Assembly (NCBI GenBank): GCA_018819285.1
Contig: JAHJQM010000029.1
Span: 280-64,279 of the forward strand
Direction: 5' to 3'
DNA length: 64,000 nt
Source: Candidatus Omnitrophota bacterium
GTDB taxonomy: Bacteria > Omnitrophota > Gorgyraeia > Gorgyraeales > Gorgyraeaceae
Shown: in pieces, positions 29,918 through 39,784 of the stretch
Numbering within the stretch: position 1 is the first letter of the stretch
How the letters are laid out: each line of letters opens with the position of its first letter
Notes under the pieces: generated by a model
The model's input: only the letters and a program-made list of their open reading frames with translations
Databases searched by the model: none
Told to the model about the DNA's origin: nothing
Made by a program: the position numbers and the translations under genes

Positions 29918-31063
29918 TTAGAAATACTCTGAAATAACAGATTTTATCTTTGTTATAAATCTACCCGCGAAGCCTATTGGCCCTGGCATGGATGCGTTGG
30001 GCCTTGTCGCAGCAATTAGTTTTTTTACCCCATGCTTCATAAGGCCGAGCGAGCACGCAAATGTTATATCATTGATCTTACCTTCAGATTTAAGGCTCCC
30101 TATGTTTACCGGCATCTTGAATACCTTTTCTATAGCTTCAATAAAGCCGTCCATCTTCGCAACGCCTCCTACCACGCTTACGTGCGGCAGGCTTTTTTTA
30201 TTCTTAAGGAACGGCTCCAGTTTTTTATGAATATCCTCTAATACTGCCTCTACCATTGGCGATAATAGATTTGTGATTTCGCTTTTTGTAACAAGTCCGT
30301 ATTTTATTTTCATGTCTTCTGCTTCGTCAAACATGATTTTAAGATTATCCTGCAGGGCCTGGGTAAGGTCGTCTCCGCCGAACGGAAAAGTAAAAGAGTC
30401 CAATATCTTTCCATCTATGAAAAGCGACGCCTCTGTGATCTCTTTACCCACATCTATAAGCACAGCTCCGTTCATGAGCTCCTCTTCTTTAAAAATAGCC
30501 AACCCTGTGCCTGCGCCTGAAACTATCAGCTCATCCGCTTCATATCCTGCCAGGTTTATTGCCTTTGTGATATTCTGTAAAACAGTAACAAGAGATGTAA
30601 TTATATTAAGGTCCACATCAAGCTTTGAACCGAACAAGCCTAGCGGGTCATTGATCTCCATTTTGTCGTCTATGAAAAACCTCACCGGCACCAGATGCAC
30701 TGCTTCCCTATCCAGAGACATAGCGATAACCTTGGCAGATTCTATGCACCTTTTTATGTCATCCTTCGTGATCTCGCTGGGCCTGTCAGAGATATGCACA
30801 GAGCCGCGGCTCTGAAATGTCCTTATGTGCACGCCTGAAACATTGGTTATAACCTTCCGCACCTTGACTTTGGCCATTTCTTCCGCTTTCATGACGCTAG
30901 TCTCTATTGCATCTGACAATAACCCGAGATTTGAAACCACGCTTTTAGAAAATCCCTTAGTAGGAGCCTGGCCAAATCCAAGCACATTCTGGTCAGAGTT
31001 TGCAATCAATACCCTGACATTAGAAGCGCCGATGTCTAAACCGCAGATTATATCTCTATTCAT
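29918..31063 (-). CDS. ftsA: Cell division protein FtsA (divergent, shortened subdomain 2B)
   Basis: GLDIG, SHS2 domain, follows ftsQ, C-terminal amphipathic helix FITKIKSVISEYF. Confidence 0.92.
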   Translation of the reverse strand: MNRDIICGLDIGASNVRVLIANSDQNVLGFGQAPTKGFSKSVVSNLGLLSDAIETSVMKAEEMAKVKVRKVITNVSGVHIRTFQSRGSVHISDRPSEITKDDIKRCIESAKVIAMSLDREAVHLVPVRFFIDDKMEINDPLGLFGSKLDVDLNIITSLVTVLQNITKAINLAGYEADELIVSGAGTGLAIFKEEELMNGAVLIDVGKEITEASLFIDGKILDSFTFPFGGDDLTQALQDNLKIMFDEAEDMKIKYGLVTKSEITNLLSPMVEAVLEDIHKKLEPFLKNKKSLPHVSVVGGVAKMDGFIEAIEKVFKMPVNIGSLKSEGKINDITFACSLGLMKHGVKKLIAATRPNASMPGPIGFAGRFITKIKSVISEYF

Positions 31064-31074
31064 ATAAATAATTG

Positions 31075-31902
31075 TTATCTAGGCCCCACTATCGGGTCCT
31101 CAAAACGTAAATCTATATATTTCACTCTTTCTATATCATGACCCAGTTGTTCCAGCACTGTAGCGAGCACATCCAGCCTTTTATTAAACTCGCCTTCTCC
31201 TATCTTTATCTCAACCTTTTCAGCATTCTTAGCTGAAAGAAAAAAAGATATATTGCGGCTGTCAGCTATATCTATTGTTTTTATCTGGTATTTTGAAAGT
31301 TTTTTATTCATTGACAGCGCGCCTATAAGGAATAAGGCCTTGTTAATCTTCTCTTTCTGGGCCACGCTGCTCCTGAAAGGGCCGGCTACCCTGATACCTG
31401 AAATAATAGGGATATCTTCTCCCACAGAACTACTTGCATAGGGAAGAAAAACTCCGTCTTTATCTATAAAATACGGCTTGTCGTCATAAACTTGAGCTAC
31501 GGCCAGTCTTTGCCTTGCCTGAATAATTAATCTATTCGGCAATTCCCTTCTAATAACTATATCTCTTAATTCAGGGTGACTAGCCTCTATTTTTTCTTTA
31601 AAATTCTTCAGGTCCACCAGAAATATATTGGCGCCCAAAACATCCAAGGCATCAATGTCGCTGAAGTTTGTCCTCTGTAATACACCTTTCTGGTCATAAA
31701 ACCTTACATCCAGGCCTTTTACATTGAACAAATCAGAATCCACAAACATATATTGAAACGTCACGATGCCTACGCCAACGCCTGCCACAAGGATCGTCCA
31801 GAAAATAAATTTAAAGACTCCTTTAAAATTACGCCTAGGCCTAGATTGAGCTTCCTTCTTCTTTTTGTGTGAACGGACTTTTTGTCTTTTTATTTTTACC
31901 AT
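31075..31902 (-). CDS. ftsQ: Cell division protein FtsQ/DivIB
   Basis: Single TM, POTRA (IRRELPNRL), YIDLRF; position after ddl. Confidence 0.9.
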   Translation of the reverse strand: MVKIKRQKVRSHKKKKEAQSRPRRNFKGVFKFIFWTILVAGVGVGIVTFQYMFVDSDLFNVKGLDVRFYDQKGVLQRTNFSDIDALDVLGANIFLVDLKNFKEKIEASHPELRDIVIRRELPNRLIIQARQRLAVAQVYDDKPYFIDKDGVFLPYASSSVGEDIPIISGIRVAGPFRSSVAQKEKINKALFLIGALSMNKKLSKYQIKTIDIADSRNISFFLSAKNAEKVEIKIGEGEFNKRLDVLATVLEQLGHDIERVKYIDLRFEDPIVGPR

Positions 31903-32843
31903 GACGCTGACTCTAAAATTTTAAGGCAGAGGTCTTCAAATTCCATGCCGATGGCTCTAGCAGCCTTTGGAAGAAGACTTGTTTCTGTAAGGCCAGGTAT
32001 GGTATTTACCTCCAATACCACAGGCCCTTTCTTTTTATTCAATATAATATCTACGCGCGAAAACGACCGCGCCGAAAGAGCTTTATGAGCCCTAAGGCCT
32101 ATATCCTGGCACTTTTTATAAATGGCAATTTCTATCTTAGCAGGCACAATATATTCGGTAAGGCTGTTTTGGTATTTTGCAGTAAAATCAAAAAATTTTC
32201 TTTTTGGCAAAATCTCTACGATAGGCAAGGCCATGTCTTCTATTATGCCAACTGTAATTTCCCTGCCAGGGATGTATTCTTCAATTATCAATCTATTATC
32301 GTATTTAAATGCGTCTTCGATCGCAGCCTTCAGGCCTTTTCTGCTGCTGACTATATTCAGGCCTATGCTGGAGCCGCCGTTGGAAGGTTTAACAACAAGA
32401 CTGGACCCTAAATTTTTAAAATACACGCCTATATCGCAGCCTTTGTTGAAATTGTCCTTGGCTAGAATTTCATGCCTGGCAATCGGTATATCTTTTGATT
32501 TAAACATCTCTTTTGCAGCGATTTTATTCATTGCCACTCTGGATGCAGAAGATGAGCTGCCAGTATAAGGTATCTTCATTTTTTCAAGAAGCCCTTGCAC
32601 TGTGCCGTCTTCTCCAAATTCTCCGTGAAGCGCAACAAATGCCACGTCTATTCTCAGCAAAGCAAGCTTTTTAGCTACAGATTCTTTATAACCGTTTATA
32701 TTAGGTCCTGGCATAAGCTCTACAGGAACATAATCTATCCGCTTTGCTTCAAGCGCCTTGCAGACTGCCTTGCCTGATTTTATAGAAATCTCCCTCTCGG
32801 AAGATGGCCCGCCCATTAATACGCCGACTCTTTTATTTTTCAT
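31896..32843 (-). CDS. ddl: D-alanine--D-alanine ligase
   Basis: GGPSSEREIS, LHGEFGEDG, LEVNTIPG. Confidence 0.97.
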   Translation of the reverse strand: MKNKRVGVLMGGPSSEREISIKSGKAVCKALEAKRIDYVPVELMPGPNINGYKESVAKKLALLRIDVAFVALHGEFGEDGTVQGLLEKMKIPYTGSSSSASRVAMNKIAAKEMFKSKDIPIARHEILAKDNFNKGCDIGVYFKNLGSSLVVKPSNGGSSIGLNIVSSRKGLKAAIEDAFKYDNRLIIEEYIPGREITVGIIEDMALPIVEILPKRKFFDFTAKYQNSLTEYIVPAKIEIAIYKKCQDIGLRAHKALSARSFSRVDIILNKKKGPVVLEVNTIPGLTETSLLPKAARAIGMEFEDLCLKILESASW

Positions 32844-33730
32844 ATTATCTTTAATTCAAGTTCCAGGTTTATGTCGAATTTCTGCTTAACGCCTGCCCTG
32901 GCTAAATCTATCAGGCCCAAGACATCATTTGCTGTTGCTTTGCCAAGGTTCACTATAATATTTGCGTGAACTTTAGAGATCTCCGCGTCGCCTATCCTTT
33001 TGCCTTTCAAGCCGCAGGATTCTATCAACATTCCCGCTGACTTATAAGGGCTGGGATTTTTAAATATACTGCCTGCATTTGGAAAACCTATTTTAGCAAG
33101 CCAATCTCGTTTTTTATTAAACGCCTTGATCCTATCCTGGATATTAATTTTATTGTCTTTTTCGAGCTTTAGCCTTGCGCCTAAAATAATCTTTCTTTCC
33201 AGGCCTGAAGAGCGGTATTTAAAATCTATATCTCTTTTGTCCAGGGTTTTTATTTTCCTATCCTTAAGATCTAAAATTTCCACGTCTAATATTATATCTT
33301 TTATCTCAATAAATTCAGCCGGGCATTCCAGGCTTCGAACGCCTGCGTTCATAAAAATCGCGCCGCAGAGATTTCCTGGCAGCCCTGCTAGAAATTCGCA
33401 ACCTGCCAGGCTATTATCAAAAGCATATTTTGTTAATCTTGCCAGACTGAGCCCGGCGCCTGCTTTTATTATGACTTCTTTTTCTGTTTCTATTTTTTCA
33501 AAACCTTTGGCCAGGTGTATTATTGCCCCGTTAAAACCTTCGTCTTTAACTAACAGGTTTGTGCCCTTGCCTAGTATGATAAATTTTTTATTTTTAGCCT
33601 CTATAAAATTAATCGCTTCTAAAATGCCGTCTGAATTTTCAGGCTCTATCCAGCAATACGCAGGGCCCCCGATCTTAAAACTTGTATGCCGGGATAGCGG
33701 CTCATTGTATATTATCATGTACATTAGCAT
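32840..33730 (-). CDS. murB: UDP-N-acetylmuramate dehydrogenase (start approximate)
   Basis: HTSFKIGGPA, GTNLL, MNAG, AGSIFKNP, HANIIVN. Confidence 0.96.
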   Translation of the reverse strand: MLMYMIIYNEPLSRHTSFKIGGPAYCWIEPENSDGILEAINFIEAKNKKFIILGKGTNLLVKDEGFNGAIIHLAKGFEKIETEKEVIIKAGAGLSLARLTKYAFDNSLAGCEFLAGLPGNLCGAIFMNAGVRSLECPAEFIEIKDIILDVEILDLKDRKIKTLDKRDIDFKYRSSGLERKIILGARLKLEKDNKINIQDRIKAFNKKRDWLAKIGFPNAGSIFKNPSPYKSAGMLIESCGLKGKRIGDAEISKVHANIIVNLGKATANDVLGLIDLARAGVKQKFDINLELELKII

Positions 33731-35096
33731 TAATTTCTTCCAGGGTCTTGGCAATCTTGAAAGGCAATTCCCCTATATCGCCCGCCCCTAATAAAAATAC
33801 CGCGTCGCCCGGTTTTACCACATCTATCAAATGTTTTATTATATCACTTCTTGAAACAAAATGCGCATCTTTATGGCCGCATTTTATGGCGCTATCGCAT
33901 ACATCTCTCCCGCTTACGCCTTCAATAGGCTTCTCATTCGCGGAATATATATCAGTCACCACCAAGTGGTCCACCATGTCAAAGCATTCACCAAACTGAT
34001 CTTTCAGATCCTTGGTCCTGGAAAACCTGTGCGGCTGAAAAACAGCTACCAAGCGCCTGCCTGAGTCCTCCATTGATTTGAGGGTAGCCTTTATCTCCGT
34101 AGGATGATGGGCGTAATCGTCTATAACAAGGATATCGGAACCCAGCTGGGTTATCCTGAACCGCCTGTCAGCGCCTTTAAATTCCCCGATTATATCTTTT
34201 ATAATATTAAAATTCAAGCCCAGCTCCATTGCCACTCCTATGGCAGCCAAGCTGTTTACTACGTTATGCACCCCTGGTATTGAAAGCTTTATCCTGCCCA
34301 GTTTCGCGCCTTTATATCTTAAATCAAATTCAGAACCGCTTAAGTTCATTAATTTTATATTTTCCGCTTTTATGTCCGCGTAATCAGAGATCCCGTATTT
34401 TAAAATCCTTTTTTCGGACTGGCGCGCTATATTTTTTAAATACTCGTCTTCAGCGCATATAAAAGCGCAGCCTTCGTCCTTTGTATTGCTGATAAACTGT
34501 TTATAGGCGCTCAGGACATTCTCCATCGTGCCGTAATAATCCATATGTTCCCTGTCTATATTGGTGCTGACAGAATATAACGGGTTAAGCAATACAAAAG
34601 AGCCGTCTGACTCGTCAGCTTCTGTAACCATGATATCGCTTTGGCCATACCTTGCGTTGCCTTTCAAAAAATGCACGTCAGCCCCTATAAATATAGTAGG
34701 GTCAAGCCCGGCATTTAGCAATAGAATGGAGACAAGCGACGTAGTGGTAGTCTTGCCGTGCGCGCCTGAAATAGCTATTGCCTTTTTATCCTGCATCAGC
34801 ATTGCCAGCGCTTCCATGCGTTTCAGTATGGGCAGGCCCTTGAGCTTAGCGGCCATGTACTCCGGATTAGTGTCTTTTATGCACGAAGAATATATGATAA
34901 AATCAGCGCCGTCTATATTTTCCGACCGATGGCCTATTTTAATATTTACGCCCATCTTTTCAAGCCTGTCAGTGGACCTTGAATTCCTCAAATCAGATCC
35001 CTGTACCGAATAACCGTAACAATGAAACACCTCTGCGAGACCGCTCATGCCTATGCCGCCTATTCCTATAAAATGCACAGTCTTCCCTTTTATCAT
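33702..35096 (-). CDS. murC: UDP-N-acetylmuramate--L-alanine ligase
   Basis: HFIGIGGIGMSG, GAHGKTTT, EADESD, DDYAHHPTE. Confidence 0.98.
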   Translation of the reverse strand: MIKGKTVHFIGIGGIGMSGLAEVFHCYGYSVQGSDLRNSRSTDRLEKMGVNIKIGHRSENIDGADFIIYSSCIKDTNPEYMAAKLKGLPILKRMEALAMLMQDKKAIAISGAHGKTTTTSLVSILLLNAGLDPTIFIGADVHFLKGNARYGQSDIMVTEADESDGSFVLLNPLYSVSTNIDREHMDYYGTMENVLSAYKQFISNTKDEGCAFICAEDEYLKNIARQSEKRILKYGISDYADIKAENIKLMNLSGSEFDLRYKGAKLGRIKLSIPGVHNVVNSLAAIGVAMELGLNFNIIKDIIGEFKGADRRFRITQLGSDILVIDDYAHHPTEIKATLKSMEDSGRRLVAVFQPHRFSRTKDLKDQFGECFDMVDHLVVTDIYSANEKPIEGVSGRDVCDSAIKCGHKDAHFVSRSDIIKHLIDVVKPGDAVFLLGAGDIGELPFKIAKTLEEINANVHDNIQ

Positions 35097-36154
35097 CTAT
35101 AAAGCTCCTTTATTAAAATTTTACACGCGTCTGGTTTGTCAATGCGTTTCGCCCTGTCCGACATGTCTCTCAAAATATCCCTATCCATTAATTTCAATAT
35201 AGCGTCCCGCATGGCGCAAGGAGTCAAATTTTTCTCTTCCAGCAATACGCCGGAGCCTATTTTTTCAAGGACCATTGCGTTAAGTTTCTGATGGCCGCCT
35301 GCATACGGGTAAGGCACCAGTATCGCCGGTATCTCAAGCGTCAATAATTCAGATACTGTCATAGCACCTGCCCTAGAAATTACAAAATCGCATTCATTAT
35401 AAAGCCTCTCCATATGTCCTGTAAAGGAAAATACCCTGTTTTTTATTCCTACTTTTTCGTAAGATTTTTCCACCTCTTCCAAATCGTTTTTCCCTGCAAT
35501 ATGAATAAAATTCAGCATATTTCTATTGTCTTTCTCTATAAGGCCTGCTGCCTCAGGCACCATAGCGTTCAATTTATGAGCGCCCTGACTGCCTCCTATT
35601 ATAAGCACGTTAAAAGAATCCGCAGCCTTTAGCCTGTTATCCTTTTTAAGCCCCTCTCTTAGCGGATTTCCCGAGAAAATAATCTTTGATTCAAAGCTTT
35701 TCAAATAGCTTTTTGCATCTAGAAAACCTATGGCGATTTTATTTACAAATCTAGCCAGAATCCTGTTTGCTTTGCCAGGGCATACATTCTGCTCATGTAT
35801 AATTGTCCTTACGCCTGAAAGACTTGCCAGTAAAACTATGGGGCCTGAAACATATCCTCCGAAACCCACCACGGTATCAGGCTTAAATTTCAAAAGTAAG
35901 TACAGAGATTCTATTGTTCCTATAAAAAGTCTTGCTAAAAAATTTAATACGCTAAAGATATTTTTAGATTGAAGTGATCTTATAGGTAAAGTTGTGAAAT
36001 CTACGCCTTTCCCAGAGATAATTTCTCTGTCCTGTTTTCTGGAAGATATTACAAATAAAACCTGCCCGATATTTCTTATTTTTATATCCCTGGCTAACAC
36101 TAGAGCCGGCAATATATGCCCGCCTGTCCCCCCTGCGACTATCAATACCTTCAT
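35093..36154 (-). CDS. murG: Undecaprenyl-PP-MurNAc-pentapeptide GlcNAc transferase
   Basis: GGTGGH, HEQN, GNPLR, GGSQGA, SRAGA. Confidence 0.97.
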   Translation of the reverse strand: MKVLIVAGGTGGHILPALVLARDIKIRNIGQVLFVISSRKQDREIISGKGVDFTTLPIRSLQSKNIFSVLNFLARLFIGTIESLYLLLKFKPDTVVGFGGYVSGPIVLLASLSGVRTIIHEQNVCPGKANRILARFVNKIAIGFLDAKSYLKSFESKIIFSGNPLREGLKKDNRLKAADSFNVLIIGGSQGAHKLNAMVPEAAGLIEKDNRNMLNFIHIAGKNDLEEVEKSYEKVGIKNRVFSFTGHMERLYNECDFVISRAGAMTVSELLTLEIPAILVPYPYAGGHQKLNAMVLEKIGSGVLLEEKNLTPCAMRDAILKLMDRDILRDMSDRAKRIDKPDACKILIKELYR

Positions 36155-36165
36155 AAAACCCTCCT

Positions 36166-36200
36166 AAGTTGACACTCTAACAATGTTAGAATGTCAACTT
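36166..36200. repeat. REP-like palindrome family A, copy 7 (ftsW-murG gap)
   Basis: aagttgacactctaac-aat-gttagaatgtcaactt. Confidence 0.95.
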
Positions 36201-36202
36201 AG

Positions 36203-37297
36203 CTAAGAATTAGAGATGTTGATTAGCATGGCAACGGCGATGATGTTAAAAATCAACGCTGTGCCGCCATAGCTAATAAAAGGCAAAGGCAGCCCCTTTG
36301 TGGGTATTGCTCCTGTTGAAACAGCTATATTTATGACTGCCTTCAAGCCAATGCTAGTGGTTATGCCAAGACCGAGAAGCCTGCCGAATAAATCCTTCGC
36401 CTTTATTGAAATTTGTATGCCGATCCACACAAACGCCACGAATAACGCTACGACCGACAAGGTTCCTATAAGCCCTGCTTCTTCTCCTATTATTGAAAAT
36501 ATAAAATCTGTGTGCGCCTGAGGCAGGTAAAAAAGTTTTTGTTTTGAACAACCCAGGCCAAGCCCAAAAATACCGCCTGAACCAAGCGCAAGAAATGACT
36601 GTATTATCTGAAAACCAGCTCCTTGAGTATCACTCCAAGGGTCAAGATAACTTGCGATACGCCGCAGCCTGTATGCGACTTTAAATATCAGAAAATAAAA
36701 AATTGGGATTATCAGGATTAAAAAAGGCAAAAAATACACCATATTGACTCCTGAAACAAACATCATGATAAGGCCTACCGCAAGGATGCAAACAGAACTC
36801 CCTAAGTCAGGCTGCAAAAGTATCAATAAAACTGAAAAACCAAGTACCATTAAAGGCGGCATGAAACCCTGCATGAAATTTCTTATTACAGGCTGTTTTC
36901 TGTCTAGAATATCTGCTATGTAAACTATAAGGAAAAACCCAGCAAATTCTGAAGGCTGGAACCCTATAAAACCAAGCTTTACCCACCTTTTTGCGCCGCC
37001 TGCTTCACGGCCTATGCCAGGAAGAAGTGTCAATATAAGACCTATTATTGAAATTGCAAGAAATAGTTTAGTGTATTTCTTTAAATTTTTATAATCATTC
37101 TTTAAGAAAAACATTGCGAGTAAAAGGCCTAAGGTAAAATGCATTAGATGCCTTTTTAAATAATATGCGCTGTCATTATACTGCTCGTACGCATAACAAC
37201 TAGAGGCAGAGTATATCATTACTATGCCTATGCACAAAAGTATTGTGGCTATTATTAAAAGATTCTGGCTGTCTTTATTTAGATTTTCTAATTTCAT
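36203..37297 (-). CDS. ftsW: SEDS peptidoglycan polymerase FtsW
   Basis: MIYSAS, GAKRW, QPSEF, QPDLG, LPQAHTDFIF, LPFISYGG. Confidence 0.97.
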   Translation of the reverse strand: MKLENLNKDSQNLLIIATILLCIGIVMIYSASSCYAYEQYNDSAYYLKRHLMHFTLGLLLAMFFLKNDYKNLKKYTKLFLAISIIGLILTLLPGIGREAGGAKRWVKLGFIGFQPSEFAGFFLIVYIADILDRKQPVIRNFMQGFMPPLMVLGFSVLLILLQPDLGSSVCILAVGLIMMFVSGVNMVYFLPFLILIIPIFYFLIFKVAYRLRRIASYLDPWSDTQGAGFQIIQSFLALGSGGIFGLGLGCSKQKLFYLPQAHTDFIFSIIGEEAGLIGTLSVVALFVAFVWIGIQISIKAKDLFGRLLGLGITTSIGLKAVINIAVSTGAIPTKGLPLPFISYGGTALIFNIIAVAMLINISNS

Positions 37298-38558
37298 TTA
37301 TAAGTTCCTTGAAAATTTTGCCGCGCTCTTCGTAACTTTTGAACATATCAAAGCTGGAGCACCCGGGAGAAAGTAAAACCCTGCCTCCTTTTTTAGCCCT
37401 TTTGAACCCTTTAGATACAGCCTGACTGAAGGAGTCTGCTTCAAATATAGGTTTTACTCCGCCTAAGCCTTTTTTAATCTGAAGTCTGGCCTCGCCTATT
37501 GAAATTATATAATCCACCTTTTTTTCGACTAGAGGCTTTAATAAACCGAAGTCGCCTCCTTTATATCTTCCGCCTATGATAAGGATAATATTTTTTTCCA
37601 GAGACTCTAGCGCCCATCCCACGCTTGAAACAGTCGTGGCCTTTGAATCATTTATAAACTCAACGCCATTTATATTGGCAACATGTTCCAATCTGTGTTC
37701 TATGCCTTTAAAATTCCTAATCACTTCCAGCATTTTATTTTCATCTACGCCCATAATGGAAGCTGCTGACATAGCTGCAAGAAAATCTTCATTCAATATG
37801 CTGTGTCTTTGGCCAAAATCTTTATATTCATTAAAAAATTCAACCTGCGGCCCTTTTACCGCGGCCGCAATTTCCCTTAAATATTCGTCATTTTTATTTA
37901 AAAAAAGTACGTCTTTTGTATCCTGATTTAGAAAAATCCTGCATTTGGCAGAGATATACTCATGCATATCCTTATGCCTGTCCAGATGATTGTCAGAAAT
38001 ATTCAACATTATACTTACCTTTGGTTTGAATTTATCGATAAGTTCCAGCTGGAAAGAACTCACTTCCAGAACCACTATAGAATCTTTTTTTATCCGATTT
38101 ATCTCTCCGGAGAAAGGGTTGCCGATATTGCCGCATACGATTGCGTCAAGCCCTGAGCTTTTAAGCATCTGGCCTATAAGGGTTGCAGTGGTGGTTTTGC
38201 CGCTAGTGCCTGTTACGGCAATTATAGACGTAGACGCGGGGCACATTGTATAGGCTAATTCCAATTCGGTTATTACAGGAATTTTCTTCGCTTCAGCTAA
38301 TTTAATGGGCAGGCTATCGCGTCGAACCCCAGGGCTTACTACCATGTAGTCTGATTTTTTTATAAATTTATCCGAATGAGCGCCCAGTTCTATATTTTCC
38401 GGCTTAATTACGCCTTCCTTAATCAATAAATCTCTGGATTTTTTTGCAGCTTTGTCATTTTTAAGCTCTGTGATAAAGACAGTATTTTTGCGGTTTGCAA
38501 GAAGCCGAGCTGCCTCAATCCCGCTCTTTGCCAGACCAACTATCACCACTTTTGCCAT
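37275..38558 (-). CDS. murD: UDP-MurNAc-L-Ala--D-glutamate ligase
   Basis: SPGV, TGTSGKTTT, LEVSSFQLE, INDSKAT, LLSPGCSSFD. Confidence 0.97.
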   Translation of the reverse strand: MAKVVIVGLAKSGIEAARLLANRKNTVFITELKNDKAAKKSRDLLIKEGVIKPENIELGAHSDKFIKKSDYMVVSPGVRRDSLPIKLAEAKKIPVITELELAYTMCPASTSIIAVTGTSGKTTTATLIGQMLKSSGLDAIVCGNIGNPFSGEINRIKKDSIVVLEVSSFQLELIDKFKPKVSIMLNISDNHLDRHKDMHEYISAKCRIFLNQDTKDVLFLNKNDEYLREIAAAVKGPQVEFFNEYKDFGQRHSILNEDFLAAMSAASIMGVDENKMLEVIRNFKGIEHRLEHVANINGVEFINDSKATTVSSVGWALESLEKNIILIIGGRYKGGDFGLLKPLVEKKVDYIISIGEARLQIKKGLGGVKPIFEADSFSQAVSKGFKRAKKGGRVLLSPGCSSFDMFKSYEERGKIFKELINEIRKSK

Positions 38559-38577
38559 ACTTCATCTTCTCCTTAAG

Positions 38578-38616
38578 CAACTTTACACAAGCGGCATTGT
38601 CGGTTGTGTAAAGTTG
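38578..38616. repeat. REP-like palindrome family B, copy 1 (mraY-murD gap)
   Basis: caactttacacaagcggc-att-gtcggttgtgtaaagttg. Confidence 0.9.
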
Positions 38617-38623
38617 TTACATA

Positions 38624-39724
38624 TTAACGCAACTTTAATGTAGAAAAACTGAGCAAAACTAATATTATTGCGATTATCCAGAATCTTACTGTGACCTTTG
38701 ACTCAGGCCAGCCGCACATTTCAAAATGATGATGTATGGGCGCTATTTTAAATATCCTTTTTCCGGTTGTCCTGAAAGAAATCATCTGTAATAGCACTGA
38801 CAATGCCTCTACCACAAATATCCCGCCTACTAAGAATAACAACATCTCCTTTTTTATAAAAACAGCTACTGTGCCTATTGCGCCTCCGAGCGCCAGGGCG
38901 CCTGTATCGCCCATAAATATCGTAGCAGGGTATGAGTTATACCATAAAAATCCAAGGCCAGCGCCTATTATTGACGCGCAGAAAACAGTCAGTTCCGCTG
39001 CTTCAGGAAGATAATAGATGCCAAGATACTCAGCAAACTTCACATGGCCTGTTACATAACTCATGCCTGTATAAGTGACTGCTGTCATTATTATTGTTCC
39101 TATTGCAAGGCCGTCCAGGCCGTCTGTGATATTCACAGCATTTGAACATGCGGTAATCACAAGTATTACAAAAGGTATATAAAAAATCCCCAGATCTATT
39201 ACAATATTTTTGAAAAATGGAAATTCAAGCGCCCTGGTATTGTCAGGATTCCAATATAAAAACAACGCTACCATAAGCCCTATGAGAACCTGAAAAAAAA
39301 GTTTTGTCCTTTTATTAAGGCCACGTTTACCTGACTTTGTTTTTTTGTATACTAACTTTCTATAGTCATCTATAAAGCCTAAAATGCCCATATAAAGCGT
39401 AACAAAAAGCGCAAGAAGCAAATAAGAATTGTCCAATTTAGCCCATAGCAAAGTAGACGCAAATATGCCTATTAAAACCAATATGCCGCCCATTGTAGGC
39501 GTACCTTGCTTATTCTTATGCTTTTCGTAGAGGTTAGGGCATTCCTCATGCCTTACGTTTTCGCCTATCTTTAGAGCCGCCAGTTTCCTTATTATAGGCG
39601 GCGCAAAAATAACTGTTATTAAAAATGCGGTGATGCTGGCAAACGCTGCCCTGAAAGTGATATACTTAAAAACATTAAAGATCGTAAAATATTCTCTGAG
39701 CGGATAAAGCAAGTAATATAGCAT
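38624..39724 (-). CDS. mraY: Phospho-N-acetylmuramoyl-pentapeptide transferase
   Basis: GTPTMGG, GFIDDY, NAVNITDGLDGL, FMGDTG, PIHHHFE. Confidence 0.98.
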   Translation of the reverse strand: MLYYLLYPLREYFTIFNVFKYITFRAAFASITAFLITVIFAPPIIRKLAALKIGENVRHEECPNLYEKHKNKQGTPTMGGILVLIGIFASTLLWAKLDNSYLLLALFVTLYMGILGFIDDYRKLVYKKTKSGKRGLNKRTKLFFQVLIGLMVALFLYWNPDNTRALEFPFFKNIVIDLGIFYIPFVILVITACSNAVNITDGLDGLAIGTIIMTAVTYTGMSYVTGHVKFAEYLGIYYLPEAAELTVFCASIIGAGLGFLWYNSYPATIFMGDTGALALGGAIGTVAVFIKKEMLLFLVGGIFVVEALSVLLQMISFRTTGKRIFKIAPIHHHFEMCGWPESKVTVRFWIIAIILVLLSFSTLKLR

Positions 39725-39749
39725 TTATTTTCCCTTTCCGTACCTACGT

Positions 39750-39784
39750 AAGTTGACACTCTAACAATGTCACAGTGTCAACTT
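39750..39784. repeat. REP-like palindrome family A, copy 8; contains the murF stop
   Basis: aagttgacactctaac-aat-gtcacagtgtcaactt. Confidence 0.94.

Noticed and set aside
36166-36200. Family A palindromes as ordinary intrinsic terminators or promoters
   Set aside because: No consistent U-tract, located inside tightly coupled operons, near-identical sequence between copies; the -10 position is occupied by TGTCAA
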